From positions 7,954 to 71,953 of the forward strand of contig JAOUFY010000004.1 of assembly GCA_029857955.1 (NCBI GenBank): a DNA stretch of 64,000 bases, written 5' to 3'. The notes under the pieces were generated by a model that made no database searches, was not told where the DNA came from, and was given only the letters and a program-made list of their open reading frames with translations. The stretch comes from Spirochaetia bacterium (GTDB lineage: Bacteria; Spirochaetota; Leptospiria; Turneriellales; JAOUFE01). Both the position numbers and the translations under genes were made by a program. Of this stretch, positions 32,324 to 43,581 are shown one piece after another; position 1 is the stretch's first letter; the number at the start of each line of letters is the position of its first letter.

Positions 32324-32734
32324 GTGAACGATATAAACAAAACACGTGAAAGGTTAAAAAACATAATAGAATCGTCTGGGTATTCTTTAAGAAGGTTTTC
32401 AAGCGAAATTGGCATTACCCCTGGCGGATTAAGCGGTATTTTAAGCGGCCGTTCAAAAATTTTATCAGGAATGTTTCTTAAAGTATTGGAGTATCGATTT
32501 AATGTAAACCCTGTCTGGCTTGAAACCGGAGAAGGCGCAACTTACATTAAAAAATTTCTCATTGAAGATGCTGATGAGATAGAGCATGTTATAAAACTTA
32601 GAAAACTCGATAAGGAACAAAAAAAGTCGGTCATTGTAATGACAAACGCTCTTTATCAGCAAAAGCTTCATGATGAAGGCGGCGATTTAATGGTTGCAGA
32701 ACCTTCCAGAAAAAAATTTAAAAAGTGGAATTAA
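32324..32734 (+). CDS. XRE-family HTH transcriptional regulator
   Basis: RLKNII..SLRRFSSEIGITPGGLSGILSGR; FNVNPVWLETGEG. Confidence 0.85.
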   Translation: MNDINKTRERLKNIIESSGYSLRRFSSEIGITPGGLSGILSGRSKILSGMFLKVLEYRFNVNPVWLETGEGATYIKKFLIEDADEIEHVIKLRKLDKEQKKSVIVMTNALYQQKLHDEGGDLMVAEPSRKKFKKWN

Positions 32735-32850
32735 TATAAAATCTGTTTGCGGTATTTTCGTTGGGCTAAAATATGAAATTTTAAAATCTGCAGGAACATC
32801 ACTTTATTACAATTGACCTGATATGCAAAAGACGCAATCTTGATCATCTC

Positions 32851-33810
32851 ATGGCGCATTTATATCTTTTATTTCTGGTTATTTCTTTAATGACGGCGTT
32901 ATTAACGGCTGGAATTTACCTTTTTTTATATCAAAAATACAAGCTCGATGTAATTCGATATTACCTCTATCATCTTGCGGCGACCATCGTCATGGTATTT
33001 TTTGTAGCCTTTAACTTTTATCTTTACCTGAATATGGGCGTTTTTAACAACAGGATAAAAATATTATTTGGTTATACCTCGAGCTTACTCTTGTTTAGTG
33101 CGCCCGTGATTTACACAAATCCAGTTTTTTCGCGGTTATTGACCGAAAAAAAGAATACAAAAAAAGTAAAAGGCTTTTTTCTTATGCTTTCTCTATTGAG
33201 TGTACTTAACGGAGTATATATTTTTCTGAAAGGTTTTGAGGGGGAATTTACTACGCTTCAGGAGGTTTTTCGATTAAATCTCTGGTTATTTGTATTTATC
33301 TGGTTTGGGGCTTCTATTTTATTTTTTTCAATGTTTTACTCCTTTGGTTTGCTGCTTTTAAACTACAATCGTATGGATGATCCCGTTAAAAAACTAAGCG
33401 CAAAGTATTTAATTATATTTGCCATTTCCGCGTACATTTTGGCTTTTTTTGATTATGAAGCGCAAAACCGTCAGCTATTAAATGAAGAATATCCTGTCGG
33501 GATTTTTCTGCAGCCGATAACTCTAATGATTTTTTCAGCGATAAGTCTTTTAGTTTTGTATCAGGCAAAAAAACTTTATGTTCAAAAATCCAGCTCTATT
33601 CCAGAGGCGTTTATCTTGAAATATAAAATAACAGACCGCGAAGTTCAGATCATAGAAATGATTATAGGCGGTTTAAGCAACAAAGAAATTGCTTCCAAAC
33701 TTTTTTTATCGCCCAGCACGGTACGAAACCATATTTCCCATATTTTTGAAAAATCGCAAATGCCTACGCGCGGCAAGTTGATTCACTTTATTAAAAATAC
33801 GGGAATTTAG
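32851..33810 (+). CDS. Membrane-anchored LuxR-family regulator
   Basis: About 7 hydrophobic segments, then ITDREVQII..GLSNKEIASKLFLSPSTVRNHISHIFEK. Confidence 0.9.
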   Translation: MAHLYLLFLVISLMTALLTAGIYLFLYQKYKLDVIRYYLYHLAATIVMVFFVAFNFYLYLNMGVFNNRIKILFGYTSSLLLFSAPVIYTNPVFSRLLTEKKNTKKVKGFFLMLSLLSVLNGVYIFLKGFEGEFTTLQEVFRLNLWLFVFIWFGASILFFSMFYSFGLLLLNYNRMDDPVKKLSAKYLIIFAISAYILAFFDYEAQNRQLLNEEYPVGIFLQPITLMIFSAISLLVLYQAKKLYVQKSSSIPEAFILKYKITDREVQIIEMIIGGLSNKEIASKLFLSPSTVRNHISHIFEKSQMPTRGKLIHFIKNTGI

Positions 33811-33883
33811 TTCCCGCGGTAAATTTTATTCCAGCTCATCCTGCTGCAAATTTACGGAAAATAAGCTGCAAATCGATGACAAA

Positions 33884-33965
33884 AGTACAAAAGTACCACA
33901 CGATTTAAAAAAAACAGGACGAATGTCCTATTTACATTTTATAAAAAACTGTCTATACTTACGGT
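33884..33965 (+). promoter_or_regulatory. Sigma70-like promoter with two operator-like palindromes
   Basis: TTTACA(33931)-17-TATACT(33954); AGGAC-N4-GTCCT at 33916 and AGTAC-N4-GTACC at 33884. Confidence 0.65.
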
Positions 33966-34712
33966 ATGAAAACCATATTAGTTTTTTTAACCATTCTTTT
34001 ACAAGCAATTTTCTTGCCCATTCTGCCGCAGAATGTGTCAATCAAAGAAGATGAAAGTTTAGCGATTCTTGAAAAATTCCGAAAAATTTTATCGGTAGAC
34101 AGGGAATATAAAGTCACCGGCCAGATGGCGCTGTATACGCCTGATCAAAAACCACAAGTTAAAAAATATACGGTTTATGCCCAAAACGACAAGACACTGT
34201 TGATTTTTACCCAGCCGGAAAGAGACCGGGGAAAAATTATCCTATTAATTAAAGACCAACTCTGGCAGTATTTTCCCAAAATTCAAAAAACCTTGGTAAT
34301 TAATGCGAGTATGAATTTAAGCGGCGGTTTAAATTTAAGCGATATTTTAAGTTCAACGCTTTTTCAATGGTATGGTTTTACCCGCTGCGACTTTAGCAGC
34401 GAAGGTAACCTGTATATTTTGACCTTTCAGGCATTGACCAGGAATTCGCCGTACGGAACCGTAAAGTATTATTTTTCAGACGGGAAAATAGAATATTTTG
34501 AGGCATACGCACGATCTGGAATATTGCTGAAAAAAGTTGTTTTTGTCAAATACGATAAAGATGAGCAAGGCCAGATTTTTCCTTCGCAACTTAAAATCAT
34601 CAATGCTCTTGCGGAAAACGACTACACGCTGATCCAAATGTCATCATATCAGGCCATGAAAATACCTGCATATTATTTTAATCCGTCGGCTTTGGACAAA
34701 GTTAGCGAGTAA
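33966..34712 (+). CDS. Outer membrane lipoprotein-sorting (LolA-like) protein
   Basis: Signal peptide; FTQPERDRGKIILL..DQLWQYFP; YARSGILLK; IPAYYFNPSAL. Confidence 0.8.
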   Translation: MKTILVFLTILLQAIFLPILPQNVSIKEDESLAILEKFRKILSVDREYKVTGQMALYTPDQKPQVKKYTVYAQNDKTLLIFTQPERDRGKIILLIKDQLWQYFPKIQKTLVINASMNLSGGLNLSDILSSTLFQWYGFTRCDFSSEGNLYILTFQALTRNSPYGTVKYYFSDGKIEYFEAYARSGILLKKVVFVKYDKDEQGQIFPSQLKIINALAENDYTLIQMSSYQAMKIPAYYFNPSALDKVSE

Positions 34713-34716
34713 CGCC

Positions 34717-36234
34717 ATGAGGACCATAAAAAAGGGGGCGCAAGCACTTTTTCTGACCGGATTTTTCTTGATATTGGGTATTTCAGGAATTTTATACGGT
34801 CAAAGTAGTGACGAAGAACCGTCATCAGATTTTGACGTTTTTAAAGAACTGCCCGAAAGCCTGGACGATAACGGAAAAAAAAATGAATCGGCTGGGCTGC
34901 AAATTGATCTGGTCGCTCAAAAGCAATTTATGCATGATTCGCTGTTTTTACCTTCCAAAGATTTTGCCGCATTTGATCCCTGGGTTTTTATTCAGGTTTT
35001 GCGTTATACAAAAAAAATCACACCATGGAATTTTCTGGGCTTCAATGTAGACCTTGGCCTGCATAACTCAACGGCAACGAGGGCTCAGGTTTTACACACC
35101 ATCTCATCACAATACGGCGGAAGTGATGTAATGAACCAGGTACATCCGATGTTTAACAGCGAGCTTTCGTTTCTTCATTTTTATGTGTACGAGCTCAATA
35201 CCCATATTAATTTTTCTGCAAACAGGCAAAACAGTTTCTTTTTAGAAGCTGGAATCTTGCCGGTAAGATTCGGAAACAGTTTTTATAAAAATCCTGTGAG
35301 TTTTTTTGAGCGTTATTTGCCGCCAAGAGATTATATCCAGGAATATACTCCGCTGGATTTTCCGGGGGCAAAATTCAGCTACATTCATGATCTGTATCGT
35401 CTCGATATTTTATTTGTACCTGATTGGGGCATGGAAAAAACAGGTACAGATCAGAATGTCGCGCAAATTGCCAGATATCTCTATTTTACAAATCCTGGAA
35501 ATGTGTTATCGGTTAAAAACAGCTTGAATTTTACCGCCGTACAAATGGATTACTATTTTTTTTGGGAAAATATTTCGAAAAACAAAATAGCCGATCACTT
35601 TGGTCTTGGCGGCGAAATTACCTTGCGCCTGTTCAATTATTTAAATGCCTCATGGCAAGCTATGGCATCTAACGGAGTAAAGCATTACACAGCAGCTCAA
35701 AAAAACGCATACGGAGTAGAGAGTTATACATTTAGCCCGCTGGAAAACTCCACAGAGCAGTACAGGCTTGAATCTCTGCTTTCATTGAATTATAACGGAT
35801 TGGTAAACTACCAGATTTCAACGGGCTATTACTACAATGGATTTGGACTTTCAAATCAGGAATACGATGTTCTGGTTCGCGCGTTGAAAGAGGCAAAAGC
35901 CGGGTATAATTCGTCAAACCAGGTTTTATCGCAGTCAAGTATGCTGTTTTTTTCGGAAGTCCTGGCGCGTTACAATGTCTTTAGTTTAAGCCAACATTAT
36001 TTATTTGTCAATATCGTAAATTTAAAAGAACAGGAGATATTTACCTGGGGTTTGAGCGCCTTTTTTTCTCTTGAACAGTTTTCTCTAATGCCCGTGGCGT
36101 TTACAAATTTTAATGTAAACGGCAACACGAAAATATACCTTCAAATCGCCGCAAATATCGGAGCTGCGGATTCTATATTTGCAGAAAGTCCTGTCGCGTT
36201 TACCGTCAATTCCGGTATCCAGTGGAGTTTTTAA
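34717..36234 (+). CDS. Putative outer-membrane beta-barrel protein
   Basis: Signal peptide, alternating aromatic beta-strand pattern, C-terminal GIQWSF resembling a BAM beta-signal. Confidence 0.6.
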   Translation: MRTIKKGAQALFLTGFFLILGISGILYGQSSDEEPSSDFDVFKELPESLDDNGKKNESAGLQIDLVAQKQFMHDSLFLPSKDFAAFDPWVFIQVLRYTKKITPWNFLGFNVDLGLHNSTATRAQVLHTISSQYGGSDVMNQVHPMFNSELSFLHFYVYELNTHINFSANRQNSFFLEAGILPVRFGNSFYKNPVSFFERYLPPRDYIQEYTPLDFPGAKFSYIHDLYRLDILFVPDWGMEKTGTDQNVAQIARYLYFTNPGNVLSVKNSLNFTAVQMDYYFFWENISKNKIADHFGLGGEITLRLFNYLNASWQAMASNGVKHYTAAQKNAYGVESYTFSPLENSTEQYRLESLLSLNYNGLVNYQISTGYYYNGFGLSNQEYDVLVRALKEAKAGYNSSNQVLSQSSMLFFSEVLARYNVFSLSQHYLFVNIVNLKEQEIFTWGLSAFFSLEQFSLMPVAFTNFNVNGNTKIYLQIAANIGAADSIFAESPVAFTVNSGIQWSF

Positions 36235-36363
36235 TGATTCATATGAATCATGAGTCAGAAAAGAAGGAGAAATGGGGGCCAGGGCAATGAAATTTCAAGA
36301 TCGATAACATTATACAGTACCTTTTTTTTGCCGTTTTCCGGGTTGCATACTTCACTTGTTAAT

Positions 36364-36531
36364 TCTGATGTTCCGACTAAAGTTCGGACATCCGGTTTAA
36401 AAACCCGAAGAAAATGCCACCATTTTTGACTGGCCAAAAACGGTGGGCGCCGCCTAGGGAAGGCATAGCCTTCTTTAGCGCCAAAAAGCCATCCCAAAGC
36501 GATGCCATCCGGGCATGGCTTTGGGCGGTTT
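36364..36531. repeat. GACTAAAGTT family copy 2, extended multi-hairpin form
   Basis: GATGTTCCGACTAAAGTTCGGACATC palindrome followed by three further GC-rich hairpins. Confidence 0.65.
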
Positions 36532-36643
36532 CTGTGCATCCTGGTATAAATCTGCAGCAATAAAATATCTTGCTACGCGATTATCATGAAATAATTTCTA
36601 TGTACACAAACCTCTGCCCATAGCAAAATTTTGATTGATTAAA

Positions 36644-37907
36644 ATGGCCGCTAAAACTGACAGTGAATTTCCTTCACCTCTTTTACAGCTACTTTCCGAT
36701 TATTATAAAATTTCTTTGTTATTGGGTCCGCCCCTTGCCGGAGGATATGCCGTTTACTACTATCTGAATCAAAACTATGCCGGCGTAGCAGGATTAATCT
36801 TTTTTTTAGTAGTAGATTTTTACATGTTGTTTCAGATTTTTCTTAAAAAAAAGAGCCTGGTGTCTCTGTCAAATATAGTGGTTTTTGCCATGTTTGCGGC
36901 CAATGTTATTCCTCTTTATACTTCCACGAACTATTATGAACAGTTAAACTGGTTTATTGTTTTTCCTTTTTTATATTTTAATATAGTAGGGTATAAAAAT
37001 GGGGTCAGATGGGCTCTGGTATATTATGTTACGGTCGGGGTTGATCTATGCTGTATCGGGCGTTGACCTTCCCGCATCAGTGTTAATGAGCGCGCTGCTG
37101 GCTTCATTGGTAATTTCTATCTTATCTGCTTTTTATATGAGTGTTACCGAACAGCTGGCGCATGATCGAAATCAGTATATAGAGCGTTTTAATCTAGAGA
37201 TGGAGATCGCTCGTAAATTTCAAATGGCTATTTTACCCGATGGAGAGCATACCCTTTCTGGCGTGCAGATCGGAGTTCGGTATGTGCCTTATTTTGAGTT
37301 GAGTGGGGATATTTTTGATATTTATTTGCTGCAATCGGGAAAGGTCCGCGTTTTTCTGGCAGATATCTCCGGTCATGGGGTGCAATCTTCGTTACTTGGG
37401 ATGTCGTTGAAAACGTACTACAATAACTTGAGAGAAGAGTATGATTCTGTGGATACGGTTTTAGAAAAACTAAATGAATTTTTCTACAATAAACTTAGTT
37501 TGCACGGTCAATTTGCAACCGCTTTTTTAATTGATATCGATACGGAGGAGAAAACTCTTTCGTACTCTTCGGCTGGGCATCTTCCGCAAATTTTGGTTTC
37601 ATCATTGAATTTTCGTTACATGAAAAGTGGCGGCCGCCCACTGGGTGTTGTTCGCGAAGTCCATTATCAAAGAGTAACAGTGAACTACAATTCGGGAGAT
37701 CAGATATTACTTTTTACAGACGGGTTAACGGATGGTTTAAAAAATGAAAACTTTGATGATCAATACCGTGAATTGGAAAAGATGCTTCGACCACTGCTTA
37801 ACCAAAAGCCATTGACGCTTTTAAACTCACTTATTTATGAAGTGGATCGAATGAATAAATCAGCTGATCCACTCGATGACATTGCTTTGTTGTCGATAAA
37901 ACTTTAA
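36644..37907 (+). pseudogene. Membrane-bound SpoIIE/PP2C phosphatase split by a frameshift at GGGG 37037-37040
   Basis: ORF1 TMs ...YYVTVG join ORF2 LIYAVSG... if one G is removed; LSGDIFD, ADISGHG, SAGH, FTDGL, DDIAL. Confidence 0.8.
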
Positions 37908-37929
37908 AGTTGCCTGGAAAACTCATACA

Positions 37930-38033
37930 GGGGTGCCGAAAAAGGCCTGACACGGAGCTTGTCGAAGGGCAGGACTTTGCAGGCAGGGGCATTTGGTTTA
38001 ATTCGCCTTTACAAATCAAACAAATTGCCCCTG
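37930..38033 (+). repeat. G4/G4/C4 family copy E, probable terminator
   Basis: GGGGTGCC-GAA-...-GCA-GGCA-GGGGCA...TGCCCCTG-AAATTTTTT; inner loop carries GAGCTTGTCGAAGGG. Confidence 0.7.
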
Positions 38034-38209
38034 AAATTTTTTTATCGTTTACCCATTTAAAATAGACATTAAAAGTAAACGGGATGTCTGAATTTATTGT
38101 ATCTTGTTAAAAAAGGGGTCCTGTTTTATTTTAATTTCAGTCTTCTTATTATTGATTTAAGATAAAACATAATATACAGATTGTGAATTGTTAATATATT
38201 GATTCAGAA

Positions 38210-38749
38210 ATGGGTAATTATGATTTATCGAAGGAACTTCTTGTTGAAAAGCAATGGGAAGGAATTTATCAAGATTACAATACGATATTGCTTGGTTACT
38301 TAACCAAAAAAACAGGTTATGATCTGGCATGTGATATCATGCAAGAAGCTTTTTTAAAGCTTTATTTTGCCATGAGAAATGGGAAAAAAATTGAAAATGT
38401 AAAGGCATATTTATTTCAAATAGCTAGAAATGAAATGTATTCACAAGCCAACAAGGTTAATTTGATAAACAATGATGATGTTTCTGTAAAACTTGAAGAT
38501 TTTAACTCTAATGTAGAGGCAGATTTTGATAAAAAAGAACTCAATGATTTACTTGCATCTGCAAAAACAACATTGAGTTCAGTAGAACTTGAAATATTTG
38601 AAATGCGATGGCATTTAGGCTTTACACAGGCGGAAATCGCAAAAGTTCTTCATAAAAGTGAACGACAGATACGAAGAAATATTGAAAAAATTGTTCGAAA
38701 AATAAGAATTGTTTTTGAAAACGCTGGCTGGAATCCAACAGACGTTTGA
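38210..38749 (+). CDS. ECF-type sigma-70 factor
   Basis: DIMQEAFLKL, AYLFQIARN, region-4 HTH TQAEIAKVLHKSERQIRR. Confidence 0.9.
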   Translation: MGNYDLSKELLVEKQWEGIYQDYNTILLGYLTKKTGYDLACDIMQEAFLKLYFAMRNGKKIENVKAYLFQIARNEMYSQANKVNLINNDDVSVKLEDFNSNVEADFDKKELNDLLASAKTTLSSVELEIFEMRWHLGFTQAEIAKVLHKSERQIRRNIEKIVRKIRIVFENAGWNPTDV

Positions 38750-38758
38750 AATAGAGGG

Positions 38759-39787
38759 ATGAATATGAATAAAAGAAAACTTTTCAGAGCTTTCCTAAAT
38801 TATTTGAATTTCCGTGAAAATTCTGCCAATGTATTTGAAAATAAAATCAGCAAAGAAGAATTGTTTATTCAAAATATCGTTAATGAAAATATTAAAATAA
38901 ATCAAAAACAACCTCCAGCTGATTTTTTTATAAAATTAAAAAATAAAAAAAATCAAATGTTAGCTTCGAAGGACTTGTCTAAACAAAAAACAAAGGTGTG
39001 GAATGATATACTTATAAATACCTATGTCACTGGATTTTTTAAATTTCAAACACGGTTTATTTTTGCATCCATGTTCATTATTGTTTTGGTAATTACTTTG
39101 TCAGTACCGCTAAAAACTGAAAAGTCAAAAATCGAAAAATTGAGTTTATCCAGGCAATTTACCTTGATCAAAGAGGGCGATGTACTTAAAGAAGTTGGAC
39201 TGAGTATTACAGCTCAACTTATCGGAAAACTTGCCTTTGAAAGTAAAAATCAGAGAGAGCATGTTTATATTAAAACTGGTTACTGGTTTGTTGACTCAGA
39301 CTATGCCTCTTTTAAAAAGGAGACCTGGTTTCATTTTCCCGGAGGCGGTATCAAGTCGATGGGCGCGAAGTTTTACATTGATGTTACTTCCGGATCAGCA
39401 AAAATAACTTTAAATCAAGGCCGAATTCAGGCATATTCCACGGACGAAAATGGTGTTGTCATTAAAACAACAATAGAAAATGCCCCGTATTTTCATGAGT
39501 ATAATAATAAAAATCTCGTTCCTTTTTATGAAAGCGATTTGCTTGCCGACAAATCAAACAGCATGGTGGTTCAAAAAATCGACCCATTTGAGAGTAAAGA
39601 ACAAATGTTGTTGTATTGTAATTTTATAGGAGCCTATGTTTCAATTTTACAAAACGACGGCAGCCGTCTTAGCGGAATTTTAAAAAAGGTTTGGAATGAA
39701 AAATTACACATTCAGACCGGCACAGGACTCGTCGAAGTTACCGGAAAAAATTTAACCCTTGTTGGTTTAAATACAACAACAAAATGA
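38759..39787 (+). CDS. Putative anti-sigma factor (FecR-like, single TM)
   Basis: Immediately after the ECF sigma; one TM; SMGAKFYIDV...ITLNQGRI resembles the FecR VRGTxF...V.EG.V pattern. Confidence 0.65.
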   Translation: MNMNKRKLFRAFLNYLNFRENSANVFENKISKEELFIQNIVNENIKINQKQPPADFFIKLKNKKNQMLASKDLSKQKTKVWNDILINTYVTGFFKFQTRFIFASMFIIVLVITLSVPLKTEKSKIEKLSLSRQFTLIKEGDVLKEVGLSITAQLIGKLAFESKNQREHVYIKTGYWFVDSDYASFKKETWFHFPGGGIKSMGAKFYIDVTSGSAKITLNQGRIQAYSTDENGVVIKTTIENAPYFHEYNNKNLVPFYESDLLADKSNSMVVQKIDPFESKEQMLLYCNFIGAYVSILQNDGSRLSGILKKVWNEKLHIQTGTGLVEVTGKNLTLVGLNTTTK

Positions 39788-39921
39788 TTTAATTCATTAA
39801 ACTGAATATAACATGTTATAAAAAATATGTTTTTCAGCATTAGTGATTATATTGAATTTCTTCTTTACACTTGCTCTTGACATTCATTTTTGATTGAAGT
39901 TTTCAAGTGTAAGAGGTTATA

Positions 39922-42489
39922 ATGATACAGTCGGCATTAAAAATAATTTTTGGATCAAAGTATGAACGCGATGTAAAACGACTTACGCCGATTGTTGAGA
40001 AAGTTAGTTCATTTGAACCGCATTTGCAAAAATTGTCAGATCTAGAGTTGGCCAATAAAACTCTGGAATTTAAAGAACGACTTGCAAACAAAGAATCTCT
40101 TGATGATATTCTTCCCGAGGCTTTTGCTGTAGTCAGGGAGGCCAGCCAGCGAACGCTAGGACTACGGCCATATGATGTACAAATCATGGGGGGTATCGTG
40201 CTGCACGAAGGTCAAATTGCAGAAATGAAAACCGGTGAAGGAAAAACCCTCACATCAACCCTGCCTATATATTTAAACGCTTTAACCGGTAAAGGCGTTC
40301 ATGTTGTAACTGTAAACGACTATCTGGCGCGTCGTGATGCAGCGTGGATGGGGCCGCTTTATAGTTTCCTTGGTATGAAAGTCGGCGTTATCCTTTCTCA
40401 AATGTCTCACGATGATAAAATAAATGCCTATAACGCAGACATAACGTATGGTACAAACAATGAATTTGGTTTTGATTATTTAAGAGATAATATGGTGGAG
40501 CATCGATCTCTCAAGGTTCAACGAGGCCAGTATTTTGCCATCATTGATGAGGTTGACTCTGTTCTTATTGATGAAGCCAGAACACCTCTTATTATCAGCG
40601 GTTCGGCAGAACAAAGTACGGAAATTTACGCCAGAGTCAATAAGGTTATTCCTCAACTTCAAGATAAAAATGATTATGAGGTTGACGAAAAGGCAAGAAA
40701 TGCCCTTCTCACTGAAATTGGTGTTACAAAATGCGAAAAACTTTTAGGCGTTTCTAATCTTTATGATCCGGCAAATGTGGATTTGGTTCATCATATTCAG
40801 CAGGCATTAAAAGCCTATACATTATTTGAGAAAGATGTCGATTATGTGGTTCAAAACAATGAAGTGCTCATTGTTGATGAATTTACAGGTCGGCTAATGG
40901 AAGGTCGTCGATATTCTGACGGTCTTCATCAGGCGCTTGAGGCTAAAGAACGTGTAGAAATTAAAAATGAAAGTCAAACCCTGGCTTCAATTACATTTCA
41001 AAATTTATTTCGTATGTATGAAAAGCTCGGTGGTATGACCGGAACAGCAGATACTGAGGCAGAAGAATTTAGAAAAATTTATAATTTAAATGTAACGGTA
41101 TTGCCGCCCAATAAAGTTATGGTTCGGATTGATCAACCTGATCGGGTGTATAGAACAGAGCGTGAAAAATTTGACGCCATAGCCGAAGAGGTAAAGCAAA
41201 GGCATATCAAAGGACAGCCGGTGCTTGTTGGCACGGTTTCGATAGAAAATTCTGAGAAATTATCCCGTCTTTTAAATATTAAGGGGATTCCCCATGCAGT
41301 TCTTAACGCAAAATTTCATGAAAAGGAAGCCGAAATTGTAAAAGATGCCGGTCAAAAAAGCAAGGTTACCATTGCCACGAATATGGCCGGTCGAGGTACA
41401 GATATTGTTCTTGGCGAAGGAGTAAAAGAACTTGGAGGACTCTATATAATTGGTTCTGAAAGACATGAATCTCGCCGTATTGACAACCAGCTTAGAGGCC
41501 GTTCAGGTCGTCAGGGTGATCCAGGCGAAACACGGTTTTATCTTGCTCTTGAAGATAACTTGATGAGGATATTTGGTACCGATCGAGTAGGGCCAATTAT
41601 GCAAAAACTGGGCATGGAAGAGGGCGAGGCTATTGAACATCGCATGGTCAGTAGCGCGATTGAAAAAGCTCAAAAACGAGTGGAAGCACATAACTTTGAA
41701 ATTAGAAAGCATTTACTGGAATATGACGATGTGATGAATAAGCAACGCAGGTATATTTATTCCCTGCGTAATGAAATTTTAGAGCAAGAAAATATCAGCG
41801 AATTAATTCACGAGTTTTTAGACGATTACCTGGTCGAGCATATTGCGCTTTATATTTCTGATAAGCGGACATCGGAATGGGATATCGATGGTTTAATTTC
41901 ATGGCTTGAAGGCTCTTTTGGAATTATTTTAAAGTACAGCAAGGCAGAAATCGAAAGTAAATCCATTGAAGAATTATCTGATGAAATAACAAAATTAGTT
42001 AATGAAACCTATAACAATAAAGAAATAAATCTTGGTACTGAAAATATGCATGTTCTGGAGCGTATCATTGCTCTCCAGGTGATTGATCAAAAATGGAAAG
42101 AGCATTTATACGCCAATGATCACATTAAAGAAGGTGTATGGACAATGGGCTATGCTCAGAAAGATCCTCTTGTAGAATACAGGTTCCGCTCTTTTGAAAT
42201 GTTTGAAGATTCTGTTTCGATGATAAAAGAAGATGTGATTAACTTTTTATTTAAGGCGCAAATTCAGGGCCAGATTCAAGAGCAAATACCGACAGAGACA
42301 CAGGTTCGCGGCGTAGCCTTTCATCAAGGTTCAAGCGGTTATGGCGTAAATCCATCGGAGATGCAAAAGCTGCAACAGTCGAACATGAGTGTGCCGCAAG
42401 TTAAACCAAAAACAGAGGTAAGTAAAGCAGCTCAACATACCGCAGGCGGGGCATCGGCTAGAAAAAGTAATCGTCGAAAAAAGAGATAA
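39922..42489 (+). CDS. secA: Preprotein translocase ATPase SecA
   Basis: [64 protein letters not shown]. Confidence 0.98.
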   Translation: MIQSALKIIFGSKYERDVKRLTPIVEKVSSFEPHLQKLSDLELANKTLEFKERLANKESLDDILPEAFAVVREASQRTLGLRPYDVQIMGGIVLHEGQIAEMKTGEGKTLTSTLPIYLNALTGKGVHVVTVNDYLARRDAAWMGPLYSFLGMKVGVILSQMSHDDKINAYNADITYGTNNEFGFDYLRDNMVEHRSLKVQRGQYFAIIDEVDSVLIDEARTPLIISGSAEQSTEIYARVNKVIPQLQDKNDYEVDEKARNALLTEIGVTKCEKLLGVSNLYDPANVDLVHHIQQALKAYTLFEKDVDYVVQNNEVLIVDEFTGRLMEGRRYSDGLHQALEAKERVEIKNESQTLASITFQNLFRMYEKLGGMTGTADTEAEEFRKIYNLNVTVLPPNKVMVRIDQPDRVYRTEREKFDAIAEEVKQRHIKGQPVLVGTVSIENSEKLSRLLNIKGIPHAVLNAKFHEKEAEIVKDAGQKSKVTIATNMAGRGTDIVLGEGVKELGGLYIIGSERHESRRIDNQLRGRSGRQGDPGETRFYLALEDNLMRIFGTDRVGPIMQKLGMEEGEAIEHRMVSSAIEKAQKRVEAHNFEIRKHLLEYDDVMNKQRRYIYSLRNEILEQENISELIHEFLDDYLVEHIALYISDKRTSEWDIDGLISWLEGSFGIILKYSKAEIESKSIEELSDEITKLVNETYNNKEINLGTENMHVLERIIALQVIDQKWKEHLYANDHIKEGVWTMGYAQKDPLVEYRFRSFEMFEDSVSMIKEDVINFLFKAQIQGQIQEQIPTETQVRGVAFHQGSSGYGVNPSEMQKLQQSNMSVPQVKPKTEVSKAAQHTAGGASARKSNRRKKR

Positions 42490-42579
42490 ATGACTGTGAT
42501 TTAAAAATCAATTGCACAGACACTTTGAGAGTCTCCGGCGGCACAGCAATCCTGGAGGCGGAGTTTATCTGTTAATTTT

Positions 42580-43581
42580 TTATTTTTTTAAATGATAATA
42601 ACTGGCTACTAAAAATGTTCCAGTGATGTCGTCACGTGAACATCCGCGAGATAAATCGGTGGAAGTTTTATTTAAACCAACCATGATCGGGCCATAGGCA
42701 TGTGCTCCGGCAAAACGTTCAACAAGTTTATAGGCAATGTTACCGGATTGCAGATCCGGAAAAATTAAAACGTTGCTTCTGCCTTCTACCGAGTTTCCGT
42801 GGGCCTTTCGTTCTGAAACTTCAGGGACGATCGCCGCATCAGATTGCATTTCTACTTCAAAAAGAAAATCTGGATTTAGTTTTTCAAGTTCGCGGCCGGC
42901 TTCCAATACAGCATCGACAAGTTCGCCCGAACCGGAACCTTTTGTACTGTAACTTAAAAGAGATAATCGCGTATTAAATCCAAATATATTTTTTGCTATA
43001 TTGCCGGTCTGGTGTGCGATATGTGCAAGTTGTTTTGGTCCGGGACTTATGTTAACTGCGCAATCAGCAAACAGCAAAGCGCCATTTTCTCCCCATTTTG
43101 GGTCGAGTCCGTCTACAAAGAAAAAACTTGCCGGCATGCCTTCTTTACGATTTTTTCGAATAATTTGAAAAAAGGCACGAATAACGGCGGCGCTGGTTTC
43201 AACGGCTCCGCTTATATGGATGTCGGCATAGCCGCTTTCATGAAGCAAGGTTCCGAAAACAAGCGGGTTTGTAGCTTCACGCCTTGCTTCTTCCAAAGAT
43301 GCATAATCGCTGGATCTGATTTCAAACAGCCGTTTTGTCAGATTTTCAATCATATCACTTTTATCGGGATCGATGATTTCAACTTCTTCAAGGTTTATTT
43401 TATTTTTATCTGCGAGATTTTTTATATTTTCAGTATTACCAATTATCGTAACTTTTTTTGCGAAACCGCTTTGATGAATATCTTTAGCTGCGCCGATTAC
43501 CCTGAGGTCATCACCTTCACTTAGTATCACCGACAGGGGATTTTCTTTTGCATGATTTTTAAACTTTTCAAGCCATAACAT
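42580..43581 (-). CDS. pta: Phosphate acetyltransferase
   Basis: SEGDDLRV, FADCAVN, LSYSTKGS, QSDAAIVP, FPDLQSGNIAYK, DLSRGCS. Confidence 0.9.
   Translation of the reverse strand: MLWLEKFKNHAKENPLSVILSEGDDLRVIGAAKDIHQSGFAKKVTIIGNTENIKNLADKNKINLEEVEIIDPDKSDMIENLTKRLFEIRSSDYASLEEARREATNPLVFGTLLHESGYADIHISGAVETSAAVIRAFFQIIRKNRKEGMPASFFFVDGLDPKWGENGALLFADCAVNISPGPKQLAHIAHQTGNIAKNIFGFNTRLSLLSYSTKGSGSGELVDAVLEAGRELEKLNPDFLFEVEMQSDAAIVPEVSERKAHGNSVEGRSNVLIFPDLQSGNIAYKLVERFAGAHAYGPIMVGLNKTSTDLSRGCSRDDITGTFLVASYYHLKK

Noticed and set aside
36255-36560. 101-aa - strand ORF
   Set aside because: Runs through the palindromic element; likely spurious.
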